From: Anaeramoeba ignava BMAN
Taxonomy: Eukaryota > Protista > Anaeramoebae
Reading direction: 5' to 3'
Assembly: GCA_028826165.1 (NCBI GenBank)
Contig: JAPDFW010000147.1
Span: forward strand, 372,001-436,000
Length of the DNA: 64,000 nt
This document shows, one piece after another, positions 22,461 through 34,910 of the stretch (positions are counted from its first letter, which is position 1; the number at the start of each line of letters is the position of its first letter). The notes under the pieces are model-generated. The model ran no database searches and was not told the DNA's origin. It was given only the letters and a program-made list of their open reading frames with translations. A program made the position numbers and the translations under genes.

Positions 22461-25182
22461 TTAAAAACGGAAATTATAAGTTGAACGAAGTTTTTGAGAA
22501 AGATTTGGATCAAGTTGTTGAATAACTTCTGGTGCTTCTGCAAAACAAACAAAGAAAGTTGTAACTCCTGAAGTAACAGTTTCTCTGTTATTTTTTTTTT
22601 AAATTAAAATTTTTAAATTAAATTAAAAAATTTATCTGAAATTAAAAAATTAAAAAATTTAAAAATTTACAAAACAACCAATGAAATAAACAAAGCAATT
22701 AATAAAGATATTAAACTAAAAGCAATCCAAATTTTATCATGATTAAAAGCAAAATAAGTGATAATTCCTGAAATAATTCCTGCAAATATTCCTGTAGAAA
22801 TAGCTGCCATATTAACTACTCCATTAATTAAATCATCATTTATTAAAGCATTTAATCCTCTTTCTTTGAATAAATTAAATGTTTTCTTTGATGCTTGAAG
22901 GAAATTGATTCCATAAATTGAGATATAAGCATAAGCAAATTGATTGAACTATTTTTTAAAATAAAATTTAAAATCAAAATTAAAATTAAAATCAAAATCA
23001 AATTTAAAATCAAAATTTAAAATCAAAATCAAAATCAAAATCAAATTTAAAATCAAATTCAAATTAAATCAAAATCAAATTCAAATTAAATCAAAATTAA
23101 AATCAATACAAATTCAGCTAGCCAATCTAAACAATTCAAAAAGCAAAGACACATGCATTTCAAAAAACCATTATCATTACTTTCACTTACTCTTGCAATC
23201 CATCTAAGTGTTTTTATAATTGCAACAATTAAAGAACCAACACAAATTGATCCAAAAGAGTAAGTGATTGCTCTTTTAAATGATTGAAAAGTTGGATCTT
23301 TGGGCATATTTCCCTTCAAGAAATCTTAATTTTTAAATTTGATTTTTAATTTTTGATTTTAATTTTAATTTTGAATTTAAATTTGAATTACAATAACTAG
23401 CATAAGTTCCACTTGATGTTGTATGAATAAGATTTGTAATTACTCCACTTGTCCAAAAATAAGAAAAAACGATATAAATTGCCCAATATTTACTACTGAT
23501 ATTATAAGTAACAATAGCAACATAAATCCATGCAAAAGTCCATGCAATTTGAAGAACAACTCCAAAAAGAAATGCAATTGTGATCTTAATTTCAAATTAT
23601 TTTATTTCAATTTATTTTATTTCAATTAATTTTATTCCAATTTATTTTATTCCAAATTATTTTATTTTAAATTATTTTATTCCAAATTAATTTATTCCAA
23701 TTTATTTTATTCCAAATTATTTTATTTCAAATTATTTTATTTCAAATTATTTTATTTCAAATTATTTTATTTCAATTTATTTTATTCCAAATTATTTTAT
23801 TTTAAATTATTTTATTCCAAATTATTTTATTTCAAATTATTTCAAATTATTTTATTTCAATTTATTTTATTTCAAATTATTTTATTTCAAATTATTTTAT
23901 TTCAAATTATTTTATTTCAAATTATTTTATTCCAAATTATTTTATTTCAAATTATTTTATTTCAAATTATTTTATTTCAAATTATTTTATTTTAAATTAT
24001 TTTATTCCAATTTATTTTATTCTAAATTTAATTACCATTGCTGGATATTTTTGAAGAGTTTTTGTAACATAAACTAATAAAACAGCTGAAAATGGTATTC
24101 TTTTTGCCCAAACTCGATAAAGAATAATTGAAATAATAAAGCAAAAAAGAAAAATTATTCCTCCAACAACAGATCCTAAAACAAACATTGCAATAGCAAG
24201 AAGTCCAGTAAAAACAATTCCCTTAAAAGATTTTTAATTTAATTTTAATTTTAATTTTGATTTTAATTTTAATTTTAATTTTAATTTTAATTTTAATTTT
24301 AATTTTAATTTTATTTTTAATTTTAATTTTAATTTTATTTTTAATTTTAATTTTAATTTTAATTTTAATTTTAATTTTAATTTTAATTTTAATTTTAATT
24401 TTTAATTTTAATTTTAATTTTAATTTTAATTTTAATTTTAATTTTAATTTTAATTTTTAATTTTTAATTTTAATTTTTAATTTTAATTTTAATTTTAATT
24501 TTAATTTTGATTTTAATTTTAATTTTAATTTTAATTTTAATTTTAATTTTAATTTTAATTTTAATTTTAATTTTAATTTTAATTTTAATTTTAATTTTAA
24601 TTTTTGATTTACAGCAATAAAAGTAAATTTAATCAATCCTTTTGCATATTTTTTCATTAATTGAATCCAAACAAATGCACCAATAACACCACAAACCATT
24701 GAAAGAATTAAAACAGTCAAAACATATTTTCCAGAATAACTTCTATCAGAATCATTATTATAATCAGTTGAATTTGATTTAAATCTTGTAGTAACAACAA
24801 ATAAAACAACCAAATGTGCAATAAAAAGAAAAAAAGCCCAAACATCATTAAATTTTGGTTTTTTGAATTTATCTCCAAGATCATTTTCATCAACATTTGA
24901 ATCTGAAGTTTGTTTGTGTGGTTTTTCAATATCTTGAATCATTTGTTCATTCATTTGATTTTCTTGCTCATAAAATGGTTGATTCATTGGTTGTTGGTAA
25001 TGTGGTTGATTCATTTGATTCATTGGTTGTTGTTGATAATATTGTTGATTCATTTGATTCATTTGTGGTTGTTGATAAAATGGTTGTTGTGGATTCATTT
25101 GTGGTTGTTGATAAAATGGTTGTTGTGGATTGTAATCGACTGGTTGAAATTCATCTTCTGATGAAAATTTTTGATGACTCAT
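22461..25182 (-). CDS. Choline transporter-like (SLC44/CTL/PNS1 family) protein, copy 2
   Basis: Exons nearly identical to 13719-16478, with the same intron positions; shorter Q-rich N-terminus; stop TAA at 22463-22461. Confidence 0.9.
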
Positions 25183-25277
25183 TTTTTGTTTTGTTTTGTT
25201 TTTAATTTTTTAAAAAAGAAAAAAAAATGAATTTTTATTTTGGAATTTTTTTATTTTTTGTTTTTTGAAGAAGCAAA

Positions 25278-26353
25278 AAATTAATTAAAAATTGATTAAA
25301 AATTAATTAAAAATTAATTAAAAATTAATTAAAAATTAATTAAAAATTGATTAAAAATTAATTAAAAATTAATTAAAAATTGATTAAAAATTGATTAAAA
25401 ATTAATTAAAAATTAATTAAAAATTAATTAAAAATTGATTAAAAATTGATTAAAAATTGATTAAAAATTGATTAAAAATTAATTAAAAATTAATTAAAAA
25501 TTGATTAAAAATTAATTAAAAATTGATTAAAAATTGATTAAAAATTGATTAAAAAAATAAAAATTGATTAAAATTAATAATTAAAAATTAATTAAAAATT
25601 AATTGATTAAAAATTGATTAAAAATTAATTAAAAATTAATTAAAAAGATTAAAAATTAATTGATTAAAAATTGATTAAAAATTGATTAAAAATTAATTAA
25701 AAATAATTAAAAAATTGATTAAAAATTAATTAAAAATTGATTAAAAATTGATTAAAAATTGATTAAAAAGATTAAAAATTTAAAAATTGATTAAAATTAA
25801 TTAAAAATTAATTTAAAAATTAATTAAAAATTAATTAAAAATTAATTAAAAATTAAAAATTAAAGATTAAAAATTGATTAAAAATTGATTAAAAATTAAT
25901 TAAAAATTAATTAAAAAAATTAATTAAAATTAATTAAAAAATTAAAAATTGATTAAAAATTAATTAAAAATTAATTAAAAATTGATTAAAATTGATTAAA
26001 AATTAATTAAAAATTGATTAAAAAATTAAAAATTGATTAAAAAAATTAATTAAAAATTGATTAAAAATTGATTAAAAATTAATTAAAAATTGATTAAAAA
26101 TTGATTAAAAATTGATTAAAAATTAATTAAAAATTGATTAAAAATTAATTAAAAATTAATTAAAAATTAAAAATTAATTAAAAATTAATTAAAAATTGAT
26201 TAAAAATTAATTAAAAATTAATTAAAAATTGATTAAAAATTGATTAAAAATTGATTAAAAATTAATTAAAAATTGATTAAAAATTAATTAAAAATTGATT
26301 AAAAATTAATTAAAAATTGATTAAAAATTGATTAAAAATTAATTAAAAATTAA
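25278..26353. repeat. 10-bp satellite (AAAATTAATT/AAAATTGATT)n, ~1.07 kb
   Basis: Tandem array directly downstream of ANK-BTB copy C. Confidence 0.92.
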
Positions 26354-28681
26354 TTAAAAATAATTTAATAAAAATAAATCAATTATGGAATTTGGATTTA
26401 ATTGATAAAAATCTTTTAAATCAGTAAATTCTTCAATATTTTCTTTTGTTATTTTTGTTTCATCAATTTTATCATAATAAAGAAAATAAATTAATTGATT
26501 AATTGTTTCGAATGATTTTTTTGAATAATCATGAACTTGATTTGATGAATCATTAACACTTAAAAACATTCCTTTAAACAATTCACTTCTTATTAGTAAT
26601 ATTAATTTATGAACTTTAATTTCTTTTTCTTCAACAATTATTGTAAAATCTTTGGTTTCATTTTGTTGATATAATTTTGATAAATCTTTTATTATTCCTT
26701 TTCTTCCTTTTTTTTGTTTAATCCAATTTAAATCAAATCCAATTTCTTTGAAAAATTCTTCAATTTTTTGGATATTTTTCAATTCTATTTGTTTTTGGAT
26801 CTCTTTTTCCTCTTTTCTTTCATTAATCAATTTCTTCTTTTGCTTTGTAAATTCTTTCCAAAGATAAATTTGATTTTGGTATTTTTTTTCTCTTTTTTGA
26901 ATTTCAATTCGAGAATCCATCAAACTTTGGGGTTTGCTTATAAAAAAATCAAAATCAGGAAATCCAGTATAAATGAAATTTAAGGCAAGTTGAACATCTT
27001 CTTTTGGTTTTTGTTTACAAAAATGGATAAATTTTTGCAGAATTGAATTATCATTATCAAATCTTGTTAAAAGAAGCAAATTGTGAACTTTGAAAAGATG
27101 TTCATCACTTGATTGAATTGTTAAATCTGAGAAATTTTCATTTGATTTCAAAAAATTGTTTAAATCATCATTAATTGAATAAATTGGAGGAATGAATTCT
27201 ATGATTTGTGATAAGTCAGAGTCATCCAAATCAGAAATATTTGCATCGTTCATCAACAATAATTGAATTTCTTCTGAATTGTTATCGAAAATGGATAATT
27301 GAAGAAATGTAAAATTTTGTATACTTCTTGAATTGATATCTACTCCTTTTTCGATGAAGTATTTTATAATTGAAAGAGGATTTTGATTATGTTGATATCT
27401 GTAAATTAAATCTAAAGGATTTTCGTTGTCTTTGTTTTTGGAATTGATATCTGCTCCTTTTTCAACAAGAATTTTAATAATTGGAAATAAATTGTCTAAT
27501 TTTTGGTATTGACAAACTAAATGCAAAGCTGTTTCCTGTTGATTATTTTTGGAATTGATATTAACACCTTTTTCAACAAGGAATTTAATAACTTCAAGTG
27601 AATTATTTTGACAAGCGAAATGTAATGTTGTTTGATTAAATTGTGTTTTTTCATTTAAATCAAGTCCTTTTTCAATCAAGAATTTAATAACTTTAAGTGA
27701 ATTATTTTGGCAAGCGAAATGTAACATTGTTTGATTAAATTGTGTTTTTTCATTCAAATCAAGTCCTTTTTCAATCAGGAATTTAATAACTTTAAGTGAA
27801 TTATTTTGACAAGCGAAATGTAACATTGTTTGATTAAATTGTGTTTTTTCATTCAAATCAAGTCCTTTTTCAATAAAAAATTGGATTACTTCAAGTGAAT
27901 TACTTGTACAAGCAAAATGCAAAGCGTTGTGTGAATTGAAGAGATTTTTTGAAATTAAACTTGCTCCGTTTGAAATGAAATATTTAATTACTTGAAGAGA
28001 ATTGTATTGGAAAGCAATATCAGAAGCTGATTGAGAGCTAATGGTTTGTAAATGAAAAATAGCTCCTTTTTCAATAAGAAATTTAATCAATTCAAATGAA
28101 TTTTCATTTTTTTGGTATTGACAAGCAAAATGTAAAGGTGTTTCTTGTTTTTTTTTTCTTGCATTAATTTGAGCTCCTTTTTCAAGTAAATATTGGATAA
28201 TTCCAAGTGAATTTTTATTATTTTGATATTTACAAACTAAATGTAAAGGTGTTTCTTCTTGGAAATTTGCTGTGTTAATTTCAGCTCCTTTTTCAATAAG
28301 AAATTGAATTAATTCAAGTGGATTTTGATTATTTTGGTATTTACAAACTAAATGTAAAGGTGTTTCTTCTTGGAAATTTGCTGTGTTAATTTCAGCTCCT
28401 TTTTCAATAAGAAATTGAATTAATTCAAGTGGATTTTGATTATTTTGGTATTGACAAGCAAAATGTAAAGGTGTTTCTTGTTTTTTGTTTTGAAAATTGA
28501 TTTTTGCTCCTTTTTCAATTAATGATTTGATAAATTCAAAATTTGGATTTGGATTTTGACAAGCAAAATGTAATTCTAAATTTTGTGTATTTGTTTTTAA
28601 AGGAATTTGAATGTCTACTCCTAAATTTGTTAATTCTTTTGCTTTTTGAAGAAGAAGATCAAAAGGTTTTTTATTTGTCAT
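26354..28681 (-). CDS. Ankyrin-repeat-BTB-BTB protein (copy C, different repeat family)
   Basis: Likely ATG at 28681 (MTNKK). Repeats QETPLHFAC/QTMLHFAC; BTB motifs FSDLTIQSSDEHLFKVHNLLL and KDFTIIVEEKEIKVHKLIL. Confidence 0.92.
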   Translation of the reverse strand: MTNKKPFDLLLQKAKELTNLGVDIQIPLKTNTQNLELHFACQNPNPNFEFIKSLIEKGAKINFQNKKQETPLHFACQYQNNQNPLELIQFLIEKGAEINTANFQEETPLHLVCKYQNNQNPLELIQFLIEKGAEINTANFQEETPLHLVCKYQNNKNSLGIIQYLLEKGAQINARKKKQETPLHFACQYQKNENSFELIKFLIEKGAIFHLQTISSQSASDIAFQYNSLQVIKYFISNGASLISKNLFNSHNALHFACTSNSLEVIQFFIEKGLDLNEKTQFNQTMLHFACQNNSLKVIKFLIEKGLDLNEKTQFNQTMLHFACQNNSLKVIKFLIEKGLDLNEKTQFNQTTLHFACQNNSLEVIKFLVEKGVNINSKNNQQETALHLVCQYQKLDNLFPIIKILVEKGADINSKNKDNENPLDLIYRYQHNQNPLSIIKYFIEKGVDINSRSIQNFTFLQLSIFDNNSEEIQLLLMNDANISDLDDSDLSQIIEFIPPIYSINDDLNNFLKSNENFSDLTIQSSDEHLFKVHNLLLLTRFDNDNSILQKFIHFCKQKPKEDVQLALNFIYTGFPDFDFFISKPQSLMDSRIEIQKREKKYQNQIYLWKEFTKQKKKLINERKEEKEIQKQIELKNIQKIEEFFKEIGFDLNWIKQKKGRKGIIKDLSKLYQQNETKDFTIIVEEKEIKVHKLILLIRSELFKGMFLSVNDSSNQVHDYSKKSFETINQLIYFLYYDKIDETKITKENIEEFTDLKDFYQLNPNSIIDLFLLNYF

Positions 28682-28747
28682 TATTTTTTTGTTTAAAAAA
28701 AAAATGAAAATGAAAAAATTGAAAATCATTTTTTTTCATTTTTAAAA
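28682..28747. promoter_or_regulatory. 66-bp bidirectional promoter with opposed TCATTTT initiator-like motifs
   Basis: AAAATGA copies at ~28701-28713 (TCATTTT on the minus strand) and TCATTTT at ~28726-28742 on the plus strand, between two divergent ATGs. Confidence 0.6.
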
Positions 28748-30529
28748 ATGAATGAAATTTTATTTTTTGGTTATAATTATTTCCCAAAACTTTTTGAAAA
28801 AGAATCATATAAAATCACAAAACCAATTCCATATAAATTTGAAAATGAAAATGAAAATGAAAATGAAAAACAAATTAAACAAATTTCAATAGGAGATTAT
28901 GGAATATTTTTCCTTTTTGAAAATAGAAAAGCAATAGAATATTTCAAGGATCCAAAACAAAAACCTGAGAAAATCCAAATTGAAAATATTCAAAAAATAA
29001 CTGTTGGTATTCAAAATGAAGCTATTTTAACAATAGAAGGAAATTTATTTGCAAAAGGAAATAATATAAATTCTCCAAATCAATTCATCAATATTTCATC
29101 ATTAATTAAGAAAAAAAATCATAAAGTAATTGAAGATGTTGTTTGTGGAGCTTTTTCAATTTACTTATTAAGTTCAAATCAAAATGTTTATGGAATGGGT
29201 TCAAATAAATACTGTCAACTTGGTTCTGATTCTAAATCAATTATCAAAGCAGAAAAACCAATTTTAATGATGAAAAATGTTTCTAAAATATTTTCAGGAA
29301 ATTCTTCAGATTTTGTTTTTCTTTTAAATTCAAAACAAGAATTATTTGGATGCGGATATAATGATTATGGTCAACTTGGATTAGGAGAAAAAGTGATAAA
29401 AGGAAAAAGAACCAAAAAATTAACCAAAATAAAAAATATTCCAAAAGGTAAAATAATTGATATTCAATGTGGAGCTACTCATTCAATAATATTGATTGAA
29501 AATGAAAATTCAAAAAGAAAACTTTATTCATGTGGAGATAATAAGTATAATGGACTTGGCAAAAAAGAAGATGAATATACTAATGAATTTACTGAAATCA
29601 AATTACCTTTATTTGAAAATGATGATAATATTCTTGATTTTTCTTGTGGAAATTCTCATACTTTGATTTTAACTTCCAATTCAAAATTAATTGGATTTGG
29701 AAATAATGAATTAGGACAATTAGGAACTGGAGATACAAAAGAATATCAATTAATTCCAATTCAAATTGAACTTCCTAAATTAAGATTTAATGAAGATATT
29801 TCTAATTATCATATTTCTTGTGGATTTTGTAATTCCTTTCTTTATTATTATTCTCCTCCTTTTTCCAATCTTGAAGAAGATTTGATAAAATTATTTGAAA
29901 GAAAAGAATTTTGTAATATTTCATTTAAAACCGAAAATGGAGAAATAATTGAAGCTCATAAATTAATATTGAAATATAGATTAAATCAAAATCAAAATGA
30001 AATTGAAAAACTTAAAGAAATAATTTCAAATAAATCAATTAAAGAATCAAATCAAATATTTGAAATGATTTATTCAAACAATTCCAAAATAAATCCAAAA
30101 TTATATTCTGAAATTAAAGAAATTATAAATTCAAATGAAAAAATAGAAGAAACAATGAAAAGAATTTATTTAAATGAAAATGAAAATGAAAATGAAAATG
30201 AAAATGAAAAAGATTTTATAATTGAAAGAAAAGAAAAACAATATAAATTTCCCAAATTAATATTAATAATGAGAAGTGAATTATATCGAGGAATGTTTTT
30301 ATCTGTAACAAATGATACTTCTAATAAAGTTACAGATTATAGTGAATTAAGTAATAAATCATTTCAAATATTTGAATATTGGATTTATTCAAATCAAATT
30401 AAAGATGGAACTAAAATTACACAAGAAATAATTAATGAAATTAAAAAAGGAATCGATTATTTTCAATTAAATCAAACAAATCCAAATTTATTTGATTTAT
30501 TAATAAACAAATTTCATAATCAAAATTAA
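28748..30529 (+). CDS. RCC1-like beta-propeller + tandem BTB domain protein
   Basis: GxNxxGQLG, CGATHS and CGNSHTLIL RCC1 motifs; FCNISFKTENGEIIEAHKLIL and KFPKLILIMRSELYRGMF BTB motifs. Confidence 0.9.
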   Translation: MNEILFFGYNYFPKLFEKESYKITKPIPYKFENENENENEKQIKQISIGDYGIFFLFENRKAIEYFKDPKQKPEKIQIENIQKITVGIQNEAILTIEGNLFAKGNNINSPNQFINISSLIKKKNHKVIEDVVCGAFSIYLLSSNQNVYGMGSNKYCQLGSDSKSIIKAEKPILMMKNVSKIFSGNSSDFVFLLNSKQELFGCGYNDYGQLGLGEKVIKGKRTKKLTKIKNIPKGKIIDIQCGATHSIILIENENSKRKLYSCGDNKYNGLGKKEDEYTNEFTEIKLPLFENDDNILDFSCGNSHTLILTSNSKLIGFGNNELGQLGTGDTKEYQLIPIQIELPKLRFNEDISNYHISCGFCNSFLYYYSPPFSNLEEDLIKLFERKEFCNISFKTENGEIIEAHKLILKYRLNQNQNEIEKLKEIISNKSIKESNQIFEMIYSNNSKINPKLYSEIKEIINSNEKIEETMKRIYLNENENENENENEKDFIIERKEKQYKFPKLILIMRSELYRGMFLSVTNDTSNKVTDYSELSNKSFQIFEYWIYSNQIKDGTKITQEIINEIKKGIDYFQLNQTNPNLFDLLINKFHNQN

Positions 30530-30669
30530 AATTAAAATTAAAATTAAAATTAAAATTAAAATCAATATTAAAATCAATATTAAAATTTATTTCAAAATTA
30601 AAATTAAAATTAAAATCAAAATTAAAATTAAAATTTATTTTTTCATTTTTCATTTTTTTCTTTTCAAAA

Positions 30670-32432
30670 ATGAATGAAATTTTATTTTTTGGTTCAAATC
30701 AATTTCCAAAACTTATAAAAAATAAACCAGAAAAAATAACAAAACCAATTCAATTTAAATTTGAAAATGAAAATGAAAATGGAAATGAAAATGAAATTAA
30801 ACAAATTTCATCAAGTGAATTTTCAACAATTTTCCTTTTTAAAAATGGAAAAGTAATAGAATATTTAAATGAAAATCCTTCAAGAATTCAAATTGAAGAA
30901 AATATTCAAAAAGTAACTGTTGGTAATCGGAATGAAGCTATTTTAACAATAGAAGGAAATGTATTTGCCAGAGGATATCATATTAATCCAAAAAATCCAA
31001 ATGAATTTATCAATATTTCATCATTAATTGAAGATACAAATGATAGAATAATTCAAGATATTGTTTCTGGAATATTTTCAATTTACTTATTAACTTCAAA
31101 TCAAAATGTTTATGGAATTGGTGATAATTCATATGGTCAACTTGGTTTTGATTATGAAACACTTCCAAAAGCAAAAAAACCAATTTTAATGATGAAAAAT
31201 GTTTCTAAAATATTTTCAGGAAACTTTTCACATAGAGTTTTTCTTTTAAATTCAAATCAAGAATTATTTGGATGCGGTTTAAATAGATATGGTCAACTTG
31301 GTTTAGGAGAATCAAGCAAAGAAGAAGTAAATAAATTAACCAAAATCCAAAATATTCCAAAAGGCAAAATAATTGATATTCAATGTGGATGCTATCATAC
31401 AATAATGCTGATTGAAATTGAAGATGAAAATGAAAATCCAAAAAGAAAACTTTATTCATGTGGATATTGGCAATATAATGGACTTTCCAAAAATCAACAT
31501 ACTAATGAATTTACTGAAATCAAATTATCTTTATTTGAAAATGGTGATAATATTCTTGATTTTTCTGTTGGAAGAGATCATACTTTGATTTTAACATCCA
31601 ATTCAAAATTAATAGTATTTGGAAATAATTTACATGGTGAATTAGGAACTGGAGATACAAAAGAATATCAATTAAATCCAATTCAAATTGAACTTCCTAA
31701 ATTAAGATTTAATGAAGAAATTTCCAATTATCATATTTCTTGTGGATTTAATAATTCATTTCTTTTTTATTCTCCTCTTTCTTTTTCCAATCTTGAAGAA
31801 GATTTGATAAAATTATTTAGAAGAAAAGAATTTTGTAATATTTCATTTAAAACCAAAAATGGAGAAATAATTGAAGCTCATAAATTAATATTGAAATATA
31901 GATTAAATCAAAATCAAAATTGAAATTGAAAAACTTCAAGAAATTATTTCAAAAAATCAATTAAAGAATCAAATCAAATATTTGAAATGATTTATTCAAA
32001 CAATTCCAAAATAAATCCAAAATTATATTCTGAAATTAAAGAAATTATAAATTTAAATGAAAAATTGAAGAAACAATGAAAAGAATTTATTTAAATGAAA
32101 ATGAAAATGATTTTATTATTGAAAGAAAAGAAAAGAAATATAAATTTCCAAAATTAATATTAATAATGAGAAGTGAATTATATCGAGGAATGTTTTTATC
32201 TGTAACTGAAGATAAATCAAATAAAGTTAGAGATTATAGTGAATTAAGTAATAAATCATTTCAAATATTTGAATATTGGATTTATTCAAATCAAATTAAA
32301 AAAGGAATCAAAATTACAAAAGAAATAATTGATGAAATTAAAATTGGAATTGATTATTTTCAATTAAATCAAACAAATCCAAATTTATTTGATTTATTAA
32401 TTAACAAATTTAATAATCAAAATCAAAATTAA
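30670..32432 (+). CDS. RCC1-like + BTB paralogue with frameshifts near 31921, ~31955 and ~32060 (assembly error or recent pseudogene)
   Basis: Collinear with 28748-30529; three 1-nt indels in homopolymers split it into ORFs 30670-31923 and 32076-32432. Confidence 0.82.
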
Positions 32433-32526
32433 AATTAAAATTAAAATCATTTGAAAGAATTTATCAATAAAAAAGAGAAAAGAAAAGAAAAGAAAAAGGT
32501 TTTGTGTTTAGTTGTGTTTTGATTTT

Positions 32527-33705
32527 TCAAAAACATTTTTTGTGAATAATTGAAGGTCCAGATTCTTCATATTCTTCTTTTGAAATCCACATAGTTTGAA
32601 AAGTAGAAATAGAAGTAAAAATAGATCCACCAATCCAAACAGAATATTTTCTTTCAGGAGGAGCAATAACTTTAATATTAACAATAGAAGGAGCTAATTG
32701 AACAAGTTCCTTTTTAATTCTATCAGAAATTCCTGGAAACATTGAAGATCCTCCTGATAAAACAATATTTTTATAAAGATCATTTCTAATCTCAACATCA
32801 CATTTGGAAATTGAATTAAAAATCATTTCGTGAATTCCCTCTTGTTCCATTCCAATGAAAGAAGGTTGAAACAAAACTTCTGGACATCTAAATCTTTCAT
32901 TTCCTGTTGTAATAACTTGACCAGAAGGAAGTTCATAATTTTTCTCAATAGAAGAAGATTCAGCTGCAATATTCATTTCTTGATCAAAATCCAAAGCAAC
33001 ATAACAAAGTTTTTCTTTAATATCAACAACAATTTCTCTTTCAGCAGTTGTTGTAAATGAATATCCTCTTTCAGTTAAAATCTTCACTAAATAATCAGTT
33101 AAATCTTTTCCAGCCAAATCAATTCTAAAAATAGAATCATATAAAGGACTTCCTTCATAAATAGGAACAGTATTAGAAACACCATCACCAGTATCTAAAA
33201 CAATTCCTGTTTTTCTTCCTGAAGCAAAAAGTGAGAGAACTGCTTGCATTGAAAGATAAAATTTTGGAACATTAAATGTTTCAAACATGATTTGGGTTGT
33301 TTTCTCTCGATTTGCTTTTGGATTCAACGGTGGTTCAGTTAATAAAACAGGATGTTCTTCAGGTGCAACTCTTAATTCGTTATAAAATGTATGATGCCAT
33401 ATTTTTTCCATATCATCCCAATTTGTCACTATTCCATGTTCTATTGGAAATTTCAATCTTAATATTCCTCTTTTGGATTGTGCTTCATCTCCTACATATG
33501 AATCTTTTTGTCCAATTCCTATCATCATTCCTGTAAATCTTGGTCTTCCCATTACTGTTGGGAAAACTGCTCTTGGTGCATCATCTCCTCCAAATCCTGC
33601 TTTCATCATTCCTGATCCATTATCAATAACTAATGGTTGATTTTTTTCAAAATCTTCGAAATCTTCAAAATCTTCAAAATCTAAATTTTTGAAATTCAAA
33701 CTCAT
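32527..33705 (-). CDS. ACT: Actin, divergent paralogue with acidic N-terminal extension
   Basis: [42 protein letters not shown] and [13 protein letters not shown] motifs; ends KCF; intronless. Confidence 0.97.
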   Translation of the reverse strand: MSLNFKNLDFEDFEDFEDFEKNQPLVIDNGSGMMKAGFGGDDAPRAVFPTVMGRPRFTGMMIGIGQKDSYVGDEAQSKRGILRLKFPIEHGIVTNWDDMEKIWHHTFYNELRVAPEEHPVLLTEPPLNPKANREKTTQIMFETFNVPKFYLSMQAVLSLFASGRKTGIVLDTGDGVSNTVPIYEGSPLYDSIFRIDLAGKDLTDYLVKILTERGYSFTTTAEREIVVDIKEKLCYVALDFDQEMNIAAESSSIEKNYELPSGQVITTGNERFRCPEVLFQPSFIGMEQEGIHEMIFNSISKCDVEIRNDLYKNIVLSGGSSMFPGISDRIKKELVQLAPSIVNIKVIAPPERKYSVWIGGSIFTSISTFQTMWISKEEYEESGPSIIHKKCF

Positions 33706-33744
33706 TTATTCAATTTAAAAAAAAAAAAGCAAAAAAAAAAATGA

Positions 33745-34910
33745 AAATTCGAAATTCAAACTCAAAAATCAAAATCAAAATTAAACTCAAAAATCAAAAT
33801 CAAAATCAAAATCAAAATTAAAATCAAAATCAAAATCAAAATCAAAAATTAAAAATCAAAATCAAAATCAAAATCAAAATCAAAATCAAAATCAAAATCA
33901 AAATCAAAATCAAAATCAAAATCAAAATCAAAAATCAAAAATCAAAATCAAAATCAAATTCAAAATCAAATTCAAAATCAAAATCAAAATCAAATTCAAA
34001 ATTCAAAAATCAAAAATCAAAAATCAAATTCAAAATCAAAATCAAAATAAAAATAATCAAAATCAAAATCAAAATCAAAATCAAAATCAAAATCAAAATC
34101 AAAATCAAAATCAAATTCAAACTCAAAAATCAAAATCAAAATCAAAATTAAAAATCAAAATCAAAATCAAATTCAAAAATAAAATCAAAATCAAAATCAA
34201 AATCAAAATTAAAATCAAAATCAAAATCAAAATCAAAATCAAAATCAAAATCAAAATCAAAATCAAAATCAAAATCAAAATCAAAATCAAAATCAAAATC
34301 AAAATCAAAATCAAAATCAAAATCAAATTCAAAATCAAAATGAAAATCAAAATCAAAATTAAAAATCAAAATCAAAATCAAAATCAAAATCAAAATCAAA
34401 ATCAAAATCAAAATCAAAATCAAAATCAAAATCAAATTCAAGATGAAAATCAAATTAAAATCAAAATCAAAATTAAAATCAAAATTAAAAATCAAATTCA
34501 AAATCAAATTCAAATTCAAAATCAAAATCAAATTCAAAATCAAAATCAAAATCAAACTCAAAAATCAAAATCAAAATCAAAATCAAAATCAAAATCAAAA
34601 TTCAAAATCAAAATCAAATTCAAAATTAAAATTAAAATTAAAATCAAATTCAAAATAAAAATCAAAAATCAAAATCAAAAATCAAAATCAAATTCAAAAT
34701 CAAAATCAAAATCAAAAATCAAAATCAAAATCAAAATTCAAAAATCAAAATCAAAATCAAAATCAAAATCAAAATCAAACTCAAAATTCAAAATCAAATT
34801 CAAAATAAAATTCAAAATAAAATTCAAAATCAAAATCAAAATCAAATTCAAAATCAAATTCAAAATTCAAAATCAAAAATCAAAATCAAAATCAAACTCA
34901 AAATCAAATT
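33745..34910. repeat. (AAAATC)n hexamer satellite, ~1.17 kb
   Basis: Long tandem array between the divergently transcribed actin and BEACH genes. Confidence 0.93.

Noticed and set aside
33745-34910. Telomeric or centromeric repeat
   Set aside because: Internal, degenerate, and the same hexamer family as the coding and intergenic tracts throughout the window.
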